Assembly (NCBI GenBank): GCA_965218695.1
Contig: OZ244651.1
Coordinates: forward strand, 672,001 to 736,000
Direction of reading: 5' to 3'
DNA from: Nitrosopumilus sp.
GTDB lineage: Archaea; Thermoproteota; Nitrososphaeria; Nitrososphaerales; Nitrosopumilaceae
DNA length: 64,000 bases
The translations under genes were made by a program, and so were the position numbers. Shown here in pieces: positions 41,837 to 51,161 of the stretch (positions within the stretch are counted from its first letter, which is position 1; every line of letters starts with the position of its first letter). The notes beneath the pieces were generated by a model. That model was not told where the DNA came from, searched no databases, and worked only from the letters and a program-made list of their open reading frames with translations.

Positions 41837-42522
41837 TCTTGGACATTCCCACCTTTTGTCAGACAGACACAATCCATTCCGGATACTGTTGTCTGGCCTG
41901 TTCCAAAGAATCCTGCCAAGTGCCCTGGACGGAACTGCTCTTCTTGCGGGTCAGCGCCATGAGCAGTGCGGACCTAGCGTGCAGTTTGCAGCGGTTCTAG
42001 GAGTGTGGTGCCTAATCTGCGGTGATCTGGTGCACGCCGAGTGCGACTGACCCGTTTGTAACTGATCATGGCATGCAGATGGTCAAAAGCCAGACACGCA
42101 TCGATTCTGCCTGCAAGGACACAGCAGGAGACACGCATCAGCAAAATGAAATGAAATAGAACAAAATCATGTGCCGCCTGCGGTCACGGCAATCTTTATA
42201 CCGTACGGTAATGTACGGTAAAATTATGGGCTTATATGCTAATCCCGATTTGATGGTAGCCGACCATCCCAAACTTGGTGAGTATGGATCAAGAAGCAAT
42301 TCCTGAAATGTGGCCGGCTACCAGCTGTGCTTTGCTCCCCAGAGAATTTATGCTTTCAGTAGTATGCCGATAGCGTTCTGATGGCGAATTAATGGATAAA
42401 TACCCCAAACTCCAAACCCTAATTGGTGAGTATGGGTACAAGGAGGCTAACTATAGATTTTGTCAAGTAAGGCAACTTTAACTGCCGCGATCAATACCAA
42501 AGGATGCAAAATCATCGACGAG

Positions 42523-43350
42523 ATGATGGCAGAGTCGGCTGCCTCAAGGGGGATCGGCCTGTTGAGGAAACTTTCCGGAGGCCCGTGCCTCTGCAGTGCG
42601 GCGACTGCGATAAATGACGAGGTTGCAGGCGAGACACTGTGCGGGGTCTGCGGGGTCGTATTGCATGAGAGGGAGGCGCGTATGGTGTGGGATGGAATGG
42701 GAGGTTGGCACGATGTACGGCGCGCTACCGGGCGAAGCGGAAGGAGCATTACTGAATTTGTAACTACCCAGAGGATGGTCAGCGGCGCAACCGATGTCCG
42801 GCGGGATGCCCTGATGCGAACGATAATACCCATGCTGGAGCACGTGTCTGCCTCTGCAGTAATAAAAAACGAGGCAGAGTCGCTGGTAAGACGCATGACA
42901 TCAGACGGGTTTGCCAAAGGCAGGCACCGACTGACATTGTGCGCAGGGACGGTTCTGGCGGCATGCCGCGTGCACGGCCGCATGATAAGGCGCGAGGATC
43001 TGGCAATGCTCACGGGCACCAGTTTCAAGGGGGTGAGTCGGATTTCAAGGGGCATAATGGAGCGATACGGCCTGAAACCGCTCTCCATAGAGGACAGGAC
43101 AAGGCGCGTACTGTCCCGGATGTGTATCGATGTCGGCGCTCCCGGTCTGCTGCGCCCGGCGCTTGACACGTATGATGCCATGCTGCTTGCAGGGCATGCC
43201 TCGGGCAAGAGCCCGTATGTAGTGGCAGCGTACGTGCTCCGCCTCCACACGAGGCGCATAATGTCAGAAGAAAAGTTTGCAGAGAGGGTGGGAGTGCCGC
43301 ACCAAAGCATGCAGAGATATGTTGGGGGATTGATGCCCAATGCCTGCTAG
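42523..43350 (+). CDS. Divergent transcription initiation factor IIB (TFB)-like protein
   Basis: Zn ribbon C.C...DEVAGETLCGVCGVVL. Cyclin repeat 1 KGRHRLTLCAGTVLAACRVHG and repeat 2 SGKSPYVVAAYVL...FAERVGV. TTG 42460 is an alternative start. Confidence 0.8.
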   Translation: MMAESAASRGIGLLRKLSGGPCLCSAATAINDEVAGETLCGVCGVVLHEREARMVWDGMGGWHDVRRATGRSGRSITEFVTTQRMVSGATDVRRDALMRTIIPMLEHVSASAVIKNEAESLVRRMTSDGFAKGRHRLTLCAGTVLAACRVHGRMIRREDLAMLTGTSFKGVSRISRGIMERYGLKPLSIEDRTRRVLSRMCIDVGAPGLLRPALDTYDAMLLAGHASGKSPYVVAAYVLRLHTRRIMSEEKFAERVGVPHQSMQRYVGGLMPNAC

Positions 43351-43578
43351 GTTTTGCGGCGATTTTGCCGGCGGATGTAAAGGATGCAGGCAAGCAGGAG
43401 AATAGACGCCCGTGCAGTTTCGTGTTTTGTGCCATGAGGAAAAGACACCACATATGCGCGCGCGATATGCGGGAGGAAACCAGAACAGTCTGATGGAATG
43501 TTTAGTAATCGGATTGGAGTGGCATGCCATGTCTGATGCACGATATAAATATTTAAGATAGCCAATCATGGAATTGAC

Positions 43579-43839
43579 ATGGGAAAAGTAACCATAATAA
43601 CTGAATCCTTGTTGGCGTGGTGCGACAACTGCGAGGCAGAATTCACTCCCAGGATAGTGCGCAAGATCCACACCTGCCCAAGATGCAGAACGGCTGTGCT
43701 TGGCGCCGAAGACGTGCCGCTTCGAGGCCCGGGCGTACACAAGGTGATTAAAAAGACGATCAAAAAGGCCGACGGGGCCAGCTCCGTGATCAGCAAAAAG
43801 CCTGCACCCAAGCGGGCCAAAAAACCCGCCTCCAAATAG
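43579..43839 (+). CDS. Small Zn-ribbon protein with a Lys/Ala/Pro-rich tail (paralog 1)
   Basis: CDNCEAEFTPR...TCPRCR and tail KKPAPKRAKKPASK. AT-rich TATA-like region upstream. Confidence 0.75.
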   Translation: MGKVTIITESLLAWCDNCEAEFTPRIVRKIHTCPRCRTAVLGAEDVPLRGPGVHKVIKKTIKKADGASSVISKKPAPKRAKKPASK

Positions 43840-44114
43840 GCCAAGAGGCATTCCGGGTTTTTATTGGAATCGTGCATGAACCGCATGTGCACGATGGCTC
43901 GGTTCTACGCCCTGGCAGAAGATGATCAGAAGAGACCCATAGAGGATGCCAAAGCAAGATGGCATCCGGCATGATTTTTTTGTACCGTCAGTGCCGGGCT
44001 CATAACTACTCTCCTGCTGCAAAACAGATGCAAACCACAACATGGATGACTGTGCGCCGTGTTTATATTGGATACTTGTTGTAACTATTTAAATTAGTTA
44101 CGTATTAACAATAC

Positions 44115-44309
44115 ATGGGAAAGGTAACCATAACCACAGAATCGGTTCTGGCGCACTGCGATGCATGCGGAAAGGACTTTACGCCCAGGATAGCCCGCAG
44201 GATCCACACCTGTCCAAACTGCCGGACCGCCGTTACCGGGGCAGAAGACGTCCCGCTTCGCGGCAGCGGGGTTGACAGGGTGATTGGCAGAAAGGTAGAG
44301 ACTGCGTAG
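44115..44309 (+). CDS. Small Zn-ribbon protein (paralog 2)
   Basis: MGKVTITTESVLAHCDACGKDFTPRIARRIHTCPNCRTAV, colinear with paralog 1. Followed by a T-tract. Confidence 0.75.
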   Translation: MGKVTITTESVLAHCDACGKDFTPRIARRIHTCPNCRTAVTGAEDVPLRGSGVDRVIGRKVETA

Positions 44310-44596
44310 TGACCGGAGTTTTTTTTTTGTGATGCCGGCTGCGTGCTCTTCTGGCGGAGTCTGGCCGTGCAATCGTCCGGACACGCCCGACTCCCCCTCC
44401 CCTCTCCGCTGACAGGCATCCTCTGTCTGGGATGATGGCCGTTCTCCCCCTCCCCATCTGCAGACGCCACCACCGAGCCAAGCCACGGCACCCCACCGGA
44501 GGTTTGAGGCGAGCCAGAGCAAAAGATTCCTTGGGATTCCAGCACCCTGACGACACTCCGGTTCCCCCTTTATATCAAAACCATCTCATGCGCGTA

Positions 44597-44938
44597 ATGT
44601 TACACAAGACAGAAAATGATGACACGGACATAGGCGGCATCCTGAAGAAGGTCATCATAGGCGCGGCCTTTTTACTGGTACTGCCAATAGCCGTTCCGGC
44701 ACTCACCGGAGTCGACATCTACGAACTCTGCATATCTGACGGCGACGGCGGCTGCAAGGAACCCGCTGCAGCAGAGGGCGACGCAAACAAGCTGAGGGAC
44801 GGGTTTGAGCAGCTCAAGCCGATACTGGTGGTGATGCTGGATATCTTCTTTGTCGTCATAGGGCTGGCAATACTGTTCGGGCCGGGCATGTCGCTCATCA
44901 GGTACCAGTTCGTGGCACGCAATGCGACATCGCATTGA
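44597..44938 (+). CDS. Small 2-TM protein, candidate VirB2/CedA1-like conjugative pilin
   Basis: Two hydrophobic helices (KKVIIGAAFLLVLPIAV and ILVVMLDIFFVVIGLAILFG) around a Cys-pair loop. TTTATA upstream. The pilin call is inference only. Confidence 0.55.
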   Translation: MLHKTENDDTDIGGILKKVIIGAAFLLVLPIAVPALTGVDIYELCISDGDGGCKEPAAAEGDANKLRDGFEQLKPILVVMLDIFFVVIGLAILFGPGMSLIRYQFVARNATSH

Positions 44939-45314
44939 CAAGCCAGCCGCCCTGGCAGCAGCTGTCCTGATTTTTTATTTCGTCTTGGATCAGGGGTATC
45001 ACGCCGCGTGGATCCCGGTGCTGGCAGGAATCTGGATATGCGGGATGCGCGCCGATCTCGTCTCCACTTTCAGGCACGCTGACATGATAAAGTACGAATC
45101 AAACAGACTGCTGGCAGGATGCGTGCGGCGGTACGGCGCAAGGCGAGCCGTGCCAGTGTGCCTGGCATGCGAGGCAGGATTCATCCTGATGGTATCGGTA
45201 CTGCTGAACAGGCCGGTCGGGTTTGATGTGGCGGATTTCATGTTCATTGCCGGGGTTGTTGGCGCATGCCACATGCATTGCGCCAAGTCAAACGAGAACT
45301 TCAAGCCGGCATGA
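44922..45314 (+). CDS. Multi-TM membrane protein
   Basis: About four hydrophobic segments and a D..ST...YESN.L motif. Confidence 0.6.
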   Translation: MRHRIDKPAALAAAVLIFYFVLDQGYHAAWIPVLAGIWICGMRADLVSTFRHADMIKYESNRLLAGCVRRYGARRAVPVCLACEAGFILMVSVLLNRPVGFDVADFMFIAGVVGACHMHCAKSNENFKPA

Positions 45315-45315
45315 T

Positions 45316-45978
45316 TCACTTGGATGTGGCCTTTGCAGCGCATACCGTATCGTCTGATCTTGCCTCTGCCAGATAGTCTGATCTTTTGCTTGTCTGGTTG
45401 CCGAATTCCTGCGTGGCGCTCCAGACGTGCGATTCAAACTCGGCAAGGCTTTGGGGTAGGGGGTCCTCCTTCCATTCCCCGTCTTCTGCCCGAATGCGCA
45501 TGGAGAACTCGGCTTCTTGGGTTCCGCTGTTTTGTGCCTCCACCACGTAGTATGCGTGACCAGAACCGATCTCAAACACGTCAAAGCGCAGTATCTGGCA
45601 TGACGACTCCCTCGTAAGCGAGTCTGCCAGCCCGCCGCCAAAAGTGTATGCGATTGCAGCGCCGGTTATGGAGATGCCGACTAGCAGCATGACGCCGGTG
45701 ATCTCCGAGACCATCCTGACACGCCTGCCGCGGCGGGGCGGGTTCAGAAAGCACGGGCTGCGCCTGATCAGCCTGCCATAATAGTACAGGTCAAGGGTGT
45801 AAAGCCTGCCGTCTGGCGTGTTCTTCACCGAGACAAGCCTCAGCACTTGATTATTGACCCAGATAGAGTCGTCAGGTCCAAGTTCCCGCACGAGTTCTGC
45901 GAGCCTTTCGGGCCTGAAGCCGAGGTGGCCGCAGAGTCGGAGAAAGTGTTCGTGCCGCTTGTTTTTTTGGTTCATCAT
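45316..45978 (-). CDS. ORF whose C-terminal 132 aa (from ATG 45714) is an archaeal type IV pilin-like protein
   Basis: MVSEITGVMLLVGISITGAAIAY resembles a mature pilin N-terminus; VEAQNSG strand. The start overlaps the VirB4 stop. Confidence 0.65.
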   Translation of the reverse strand: MMNQKNKRHEHFLRLCGHLGFRPERLAELVRELGPDDSIWVNNQVLRLVSVKNTPDGRLYTLDLYYYGRLIRRSPCFLNPPRRGRRVRMVSEITGVMLLVGISITGAAIAYTFGGGLADSLTRESSCQILRFDVFEIGSGHAYYVVEAQNSGTQEAEFSMRIRAEDGEWKEDPLPQSLAEFESHVWSATQEFGNQTSKRSDYLAEARSDDTVCAAKATSK

Positions 45979-47483
45979 TCCACCGCGGTGTTGAAATACG
46001 TCTCAGTCTCTTCTTTTGTCGCCTCGAACTTTACCTTGACCCGGTGTTTTTCAGTTATTATCAGTCCCTGACCCTTGGCAAACCTCATCAGGCGTTCGGT
46101 CTCCTCGTCTGTGAGATTCATTATGTTTTGGGCCGACCTTGCCGCGTCCTCTTCGAGCCTCATCAGAATCTTGGTTCCCATGTTGTCTATCATCTTGCCC
46201 TCTGCGCCCTTTTCCTGCGCGATGTCATCGACCCTTTGCGAGATGAAGACGAACTTTACGTTCAGTTTCCTGCCCATGCGGACGATCTGTTCTATGTACG
46301 CCATGGCGCCGGGCATCTTTGTGAGTAGCCAGCCCTCGTCGACTACGATTATCTTCTGGCGGGACTCGGGCATCTCTATGACCCTCTTCCATATCTTGTT
46401 CAGGACCAGCAGCAGTATCAGGACTTCATGCGGCTTGCCGGTGGCGCCGCTCAGCGATATTATTGTGCGGTCTGTAATCTGGGACTGCCCCTGCATGATC
46501 TTTGCCAGCGGACCCTCCACGAGGTGCTGCAGGTATTTTTTGGAATGCTCGCTTACCTGGTCGTACAAGTCATGCACGGACTTTACCTTGTCGGCAAACC
46601 TGAAGAACTCGTTGGATACTGCCTTGTCCTTGTCTTCTGCCTGCGTGACACCGGCAAGTATGGATGCAGCGTCTGCGGGATCCAGGATCTTGAACGGGTC
46701 GATGCCCAGCTTCTCATCGCCTGTAATCATCATGCCGTCAAGGCCGTAGTACCGGCGGTGCCGGTAGTACTCGTTCATCGGATCCAGCACGAATACTGCG
46801 GGGCCCTCTTCTGTCTCGTCCTCGTCTAGCAGCCTCTGGATGAGCCGTTTGACAAATATCTTTGCCGTAAACGACTTGCCCGAGCCAGACGTGCCTATTA
46901 TGGCGACGTTTCCGTTGGTGCGGCGGACGATGTCGTATATTGCAGGACCGTGCGAGTCCATGTTGTACCCCAGCAGCACGCCGTTTGGCATCTCTATCAT
47001 CTCTGCGGAGACAAACGGGTACACTATGCTCATGAATGACTGGTCTACTGTTATGTAGTGGACCCACCTGCCATGGTACAGGCTTCCCTGGCGGCTCATC
47101 GTGGCATCGAACTTGCCTCCCGTGATGCGCGTGTGCCTGAAGAATTCCTTTGTGTTTGCGTTTAGTTCCTTGAGGGTCTTGCCGTAGAGCATCACAGTCA
47201 TGCCAAACCGGTACATCTTGCCGACGCCGTTGTTTAGCATGTCCTCGACGGACTCTGCCTTGGCGTACTCGTCGGCTGCCCTCCTGTCTGTCTGGGAGCG
47301 CTTAAACAGCATCGAGCGCTTTTGCCTCAACAGGTTCAGCGACTGCTCCCTCTCCAGCGGATCCACCCACACGTCAATCTGGTTGCATGCAGAAAACACG
47401 CCGTGCACCCACGCCCACTGGAGTTGCGAGGGAACGTCGTAGAGTACCATGCACCTGACAAACCCCCCAGAATACTCCATGTG

Positions 47484-48819
47484 CAGTAATCCCAGATGTG
47501 CTCACGGAGCCACGGGATCTGGCGGTGGCTCGGGCTGAATCGTAATATTCCGATAGATTGCTATTAGCGTGACAATTTTCATATACAGCTGCGTCACCGG
47601 AAGGACTCCGTCACGCAGCTTCAGAAAGCTGGCCAGCTGCGCGTTTACCAGCACCCACGCATTGAATAGCATCAGCGAGTACAGAAAGCAGAAAAGCCGG
47701 GCAGGCCTACTGCTGCCGAACGATTTCGCCCTGGCATTCTCTACCAGTCTGTAGCATGTCTCGATGGTCCACCTTTTGGAATATTCCTCTACATCCATCC
47801 ACGGGGCATTGGTGGCAAACGCAATGTATCGATCTTCCGGCGCACCTGCCTTCTTGTCCCCGTTCTTCGCCCCCTCACTTTCCTTCCTTACTCTCTTCTT
47901 CTCTGCTATGATCATGTGGTACTGAACCGTTGCCTTGTCAGAATTCGTCATGTCGGATTTTGAGATGGGGCCGAGCGTTTTGGCCACGAACTTGCGCAGC
48001 GAGTCTTTCACCCTACTGGTTCTGGTGCACGGCATCAGGTACTCAAGGCTAAGACGCTCAATCTCGGATATTGAGTTCACTGAAAAGAAGCCCCTGTCAA
48101 CCAGGATCAGTCCCAGCCTGGATCCGACGGCGGAGACGTTTTCTAGGCACGAATTGAGGATTTCACGCAGGGATTCGTGCACGGATGAGGACTTGTCCAC
48201 GTATAGGGCCGCAAGGATAAGCCGCGATTTGGAGTTGACGCACTGCGCCGTGATGTACGCCTCGAATCTGTTGGTGCCGCTCTTGCGCTCTCCGCCTCTC
48301 AGGTCAGAGCCAAGTTTCTTGCTGTGGCACGGTATCAGGTGCATGTCGATGGCCACATCAAGCACATCAGGCAGCCTGCCAAACAGGTAAAGCTCATCCA
48401 GCTGTGCCCTTACCGCCTGGTTAAAAGTCTCAAGCGCCTTACCCTCGTCCGTCTTGGACAGGATATCGCGAAACCACTCGTCGCTTGGAGAATGACGTGA
48501 ATATCTTGGATTCTCGATGGACTGCGCCGTGATTTCTCTCATGGCGAAGCTGCATCCGCCGACCGAAGTGTCAAGCATCGCGGCATGCAGCATGCCGACG
48601 TTAAAGTCGCTTGCGCCATATGTCGCGTTGTACCTTTTGGAGACCTCGGCGGACGGCACGATGCTTTCTCTCAGCACCTTCTCAACAGATTCATATATTT
48701 TGCCATTGTTCATCATATCGCGTCTCAGGCGATCTTTTTGGTGGTACATAAGGATCGTCTGGGCGTGCCCCCATTGATCTGTTTGCATCAGGTGCTAGAT
48801 GGCACATCTGGGATTACTG
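47484..48819 (-). mobile_element. ISH3-like (IS4 superfamily) element
   Basis: 18-bp TIR cagtaatcccagatgtgc and TSD catgtg (47478-47483 and 48820-48825). The TSD is 4 bp if the TIRs extend one base. Confidence 0.88.
47502..48788 (-). CDS. ISH3/IS4-like DDE transposase
   Basis: VAID.HLIP, K.GT....YIT, VDRGFFS, FATN, YSKRWTIETCYR and FNAW. Confidence 0.9.
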   Translation of the reverse strand: MQTDQWGHAQTILMYHQKDRLRRDMMNNGKIYESVEKVLRESIVPSAEVSKRYNATYGASDFNVGMLHAAMLDTSVGGCSFAMREITAQSIENPRYSRHSPSDEWFRDILSKTDEGKALETFNQAVRAQLDELYLFGRLPDVLDVAIDMHLIPCHSKKLGSDLRGGERKSGTNRFEAYITAQCVNSKSRLILAALYVDKSSSVHESLREILNSCLENVSAVGSRLGLILVDRGFFSVNSISEIERLSLEYLMPCTRTSRVKDSLRKFVAKTLGPISKSDMTNSDKATVQYHMIIAEKKRVRKESEGAKNGDKKAGAPEDRYIAFATNAPWMDVEEYSKRWTIETCYRLVENARAKSFGSSRPARLFCFLYSLMLFNAWVLVNAQLASFLKLRDGVLPVTQLYMKIVTLIAIYRNITIQPEPPPDPVAP

Positions 48820-49415
48820 CATGTGCCCCAGCCTCTCCCGCTCAAAGGTTATCCTTGCATGCTCGTCGTCGACGGTATACTCGTACATCAGTGTATCCAG
48901 CATGCCTGTGAGCGGCTCGTTGGAGGCGACTAGCACCTGCAGCACCAGGCGCATCTCGGTCCTGCCGCCTACCATGAGGGGGACCGACTTGCGCGAGAAC
49001 GTTATGCGGATCGGCTTTTCAATGGAGCGCAGCAGATCCAGAAATTCGCCAATCCTCTGCTTTTGCCTATCCTCCGGAAGGGAGTGAAAGTTGGACGGAT
49101 CTATGGTGTAAAAGTATTCGAATCTGTTCTTCTTTTTTGCCGGCACCCTTTGAAGATTCGTGTGGGTTAAAAAGGGGGGCTTGGGCCGGGACTTGTTCCC
49201 TCTTGACACCGACTGTTATTCCCGGCACTACGCGTAGTACTGGACAAAAAATCTGATCATTATCCAGCAAAATCAGGCATATATTTAAAGAAAAAAGAGC
49301 GAAACATTCTGTCTGCTACTGCGCGTAGCAGAAGAATGCATGTGTAATTACAGGAGATTCAGATTCCAATAGAGCTAAATCACATATGTCATGACGGATC
49401 CCAATGCAGTACATT

Positions 49416-50963
49416 AGAAGCCATGCGTAATCCCTCCATTTCGTTGGGTTAAACCAGAAAAACCCAGAAAATATTAAAAATTCTGATTTAATTCTCGCCA
49501 TGTTAGCCATGTGGGGATCCTGTCCTGCCAGAAATACAAAATAACGTGCGCAACCTTGCAGCACCACGATGTGCACGGAATTAATTGTTTGAAACGGCGC
49601 TGCCGGGGACGTTTGCCTCTTCCCAGTTTATTACCGGCCCCAGCGTGCTACCTGAAGGAGGTCCTTTCTTCATCTGGTTCCACAGGAGGTCCAGGTTTAC
49701 GAGTCCGGTTATTATGTTAAATTCCCTGTTAAAGTCGCCAATCTTTCCCTTGTATGGCGCGGTAAGCCGGCCGTACCGCTTCAGCCTGCCGATGGAGTGC
49801 TCCACCTTTACCCTGGCCGAGTTGACGGCGTGGTTGTGCTCCTTTTCCTCCTTTGTAAAGCGCTTGTGGTTCTTGGTCTTCTTGTGCGGCTGCAGGGTGT
49901 TTGTGCCGGGCAGATCCTTTGCGATTCCCTTGTAGCCGCGGTCAGTAAGGGTGTGGATCCTGTCCTCTTCGGGGGTGTCCTCGTCGCACATGCGGTCCCA
50001 CCATTTTCCAAACGGCAGCGGGCTCTCCCTGAGCAGCGTAATGTCGTGGACGGATCCCACGGTGCTGCCGGATATGGCAACTATCACCCCGTTTTCATTT
50101 ATGCAGACTGTGGTGTTGAGCGTGAATTTCTTCTTCTTGCCCGAATACATCATGCTCCTCATCTGTTTTTCGTCCGGCCTCTGTATGGGGCAGTGCGTGC
50201 CGTCGATCATCATGATGCCCCCGTCAGGCCCGGAAATTATTTTTTTGAGATCCTCTTTTGTCTCCGTGCCTGCTATCTCCTTTGATATGTTGGCAGCAGT
50301 GGGCAGCGCCGCCTCGAGTACCGCGTCCATGACGTCGATGTACCTGGACACGGTCGCCTGGTCTATTCCAAAGAATGCCGCAAGCGCGCCCTGCGTGGGG
50401 TTGCCCTTTTTGTACATCAGTGACATGAGTAGCGCGTGCCTTGGGTACAGCTTGCAGCGGTTCCCGGGATCCGACGCCCTCGTCTCGTCGTTCCTGAAGA
50501 GCGGGGATTTGCCGCTTTGTCTTATCCATGCCTCGGCCCTGTCAAGTATGTACTGGAATTGCCCCCTGCCCTTCAGCGTCGCGTCATGAAGCTTCTTCCC
50601 GACGCCGATGACGTCGTCAAACACCTCCACGCGGTGCAGCAGGGCGGGCTCCCCTGCGGCTCCGGACTCGGAGCCGTCCCGCGTGCTCCACAGGCTTTGC
50701 TCGTGCTTGGCGGCTGCCTCCAAGCGCTTGATGTCAGCGTCCTGGCGCTTGATGTCAGCGTCCTGGCGCTTGATGTCAGCGTCCTGGCGCTTGATCATGT
50801 ATCTGAGAGCCTTGTTCTCTTTTTGCAGGTCACTTGTTTCCTGATTCGACAACAGTATGAACCGGCATATTCTGGTTTTAATTGGATGGATCATAAATTT
50901 TTGACAGCAGGGCTAACATGTCAGCGCGGAGTTTGAAAAAGTTCCGGATTACGCATATTTTCT
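49416..50963 (-). mobile_element. ISL2-like element type b, copy 1 (1548 bp, intact)
   Basis: TIR agaa(gcc/aat)atgcgtaatcc and 3-bp TSD att (49413-5 and 50964-6). Confidence 0.92.
49581..50894 (-). CDS. ISL2-like (DDE_Tnp_4) transposase with an N-terminal heptad repeat
   Basis: IDGTHCPIQRP, YSGKKK, GSVHD, DRGYKG, RVKVEHSIGRLK and (IKRQDAD)x3. Confidence 0.93.
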   Translation of the reverse strand: MIHPIKTRICRFILLSNQETSDLQKENKALRYMIKRQDADIKRQDADIKRQDADIKRLEAAAKHEQSLWSTRDGSESGAAGEPALLHRVEVFDDVIGVGKKLHDATLKGRGQFQYILDRAEAWIRQSGKSPLFRNDETRASDPGNRCKLYPRHALLMSLMYKKGNPTQGALAAFFGIDQATVSRYIDVMDAVLEAALPTAANISKEIAGTETKEDLKKIISGPDGGIMMIDGTHCPIQRPDEKQMRSMMYSGKKKKFTLNTTVCINENGVIVAISGSTVGSVHDITLLRESPLPFGKWWDRMCDEDTPEEDRIHTLTDRGYKGIAKDLPGTNTLQPHKKTKNHKRFTKEEKEHNHAVNSARVKVEHSIGRLKRYGRLTAPYKGKIGDFNREFNIITGLVNLDLLWNQMKKGPPSGSTLGPVINWEEANVPGSAVSNN

Positions 50964-51161
50964 ATTAAGCAATAGGCTCGTCAGGGAAATAGCTGCATAG
51001 CCAGGACGCTTGAAAACTCTAGTCCTCGTTGACTCGTAGCTTTTCAAATATTTTAGGATCCATCCAATATTCTGGTCTTTGATGAAATTCTTTACCTGCA
51101 AAGTCCTCCGGCTTTAATTCATGTATTCCTGTACCCGCTCTCGCTCTGCCTTCGTTCTTTG

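Larger units (their letters stand above)
45975..49209 (-). pseudogene. virB4: VirB4/HerA-FtsK-family conjugation ATPase interrupted by an ISH3-like IS (about 630 aa reconstructed)
   Basis: Walker A GTSGSGKS, VLDPMNEY, Walker B IIVVDEGW and RMGRK...FISQ. IS excision gives in-frame ...RERLGHMEYSGG... Confidence 0.8.
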
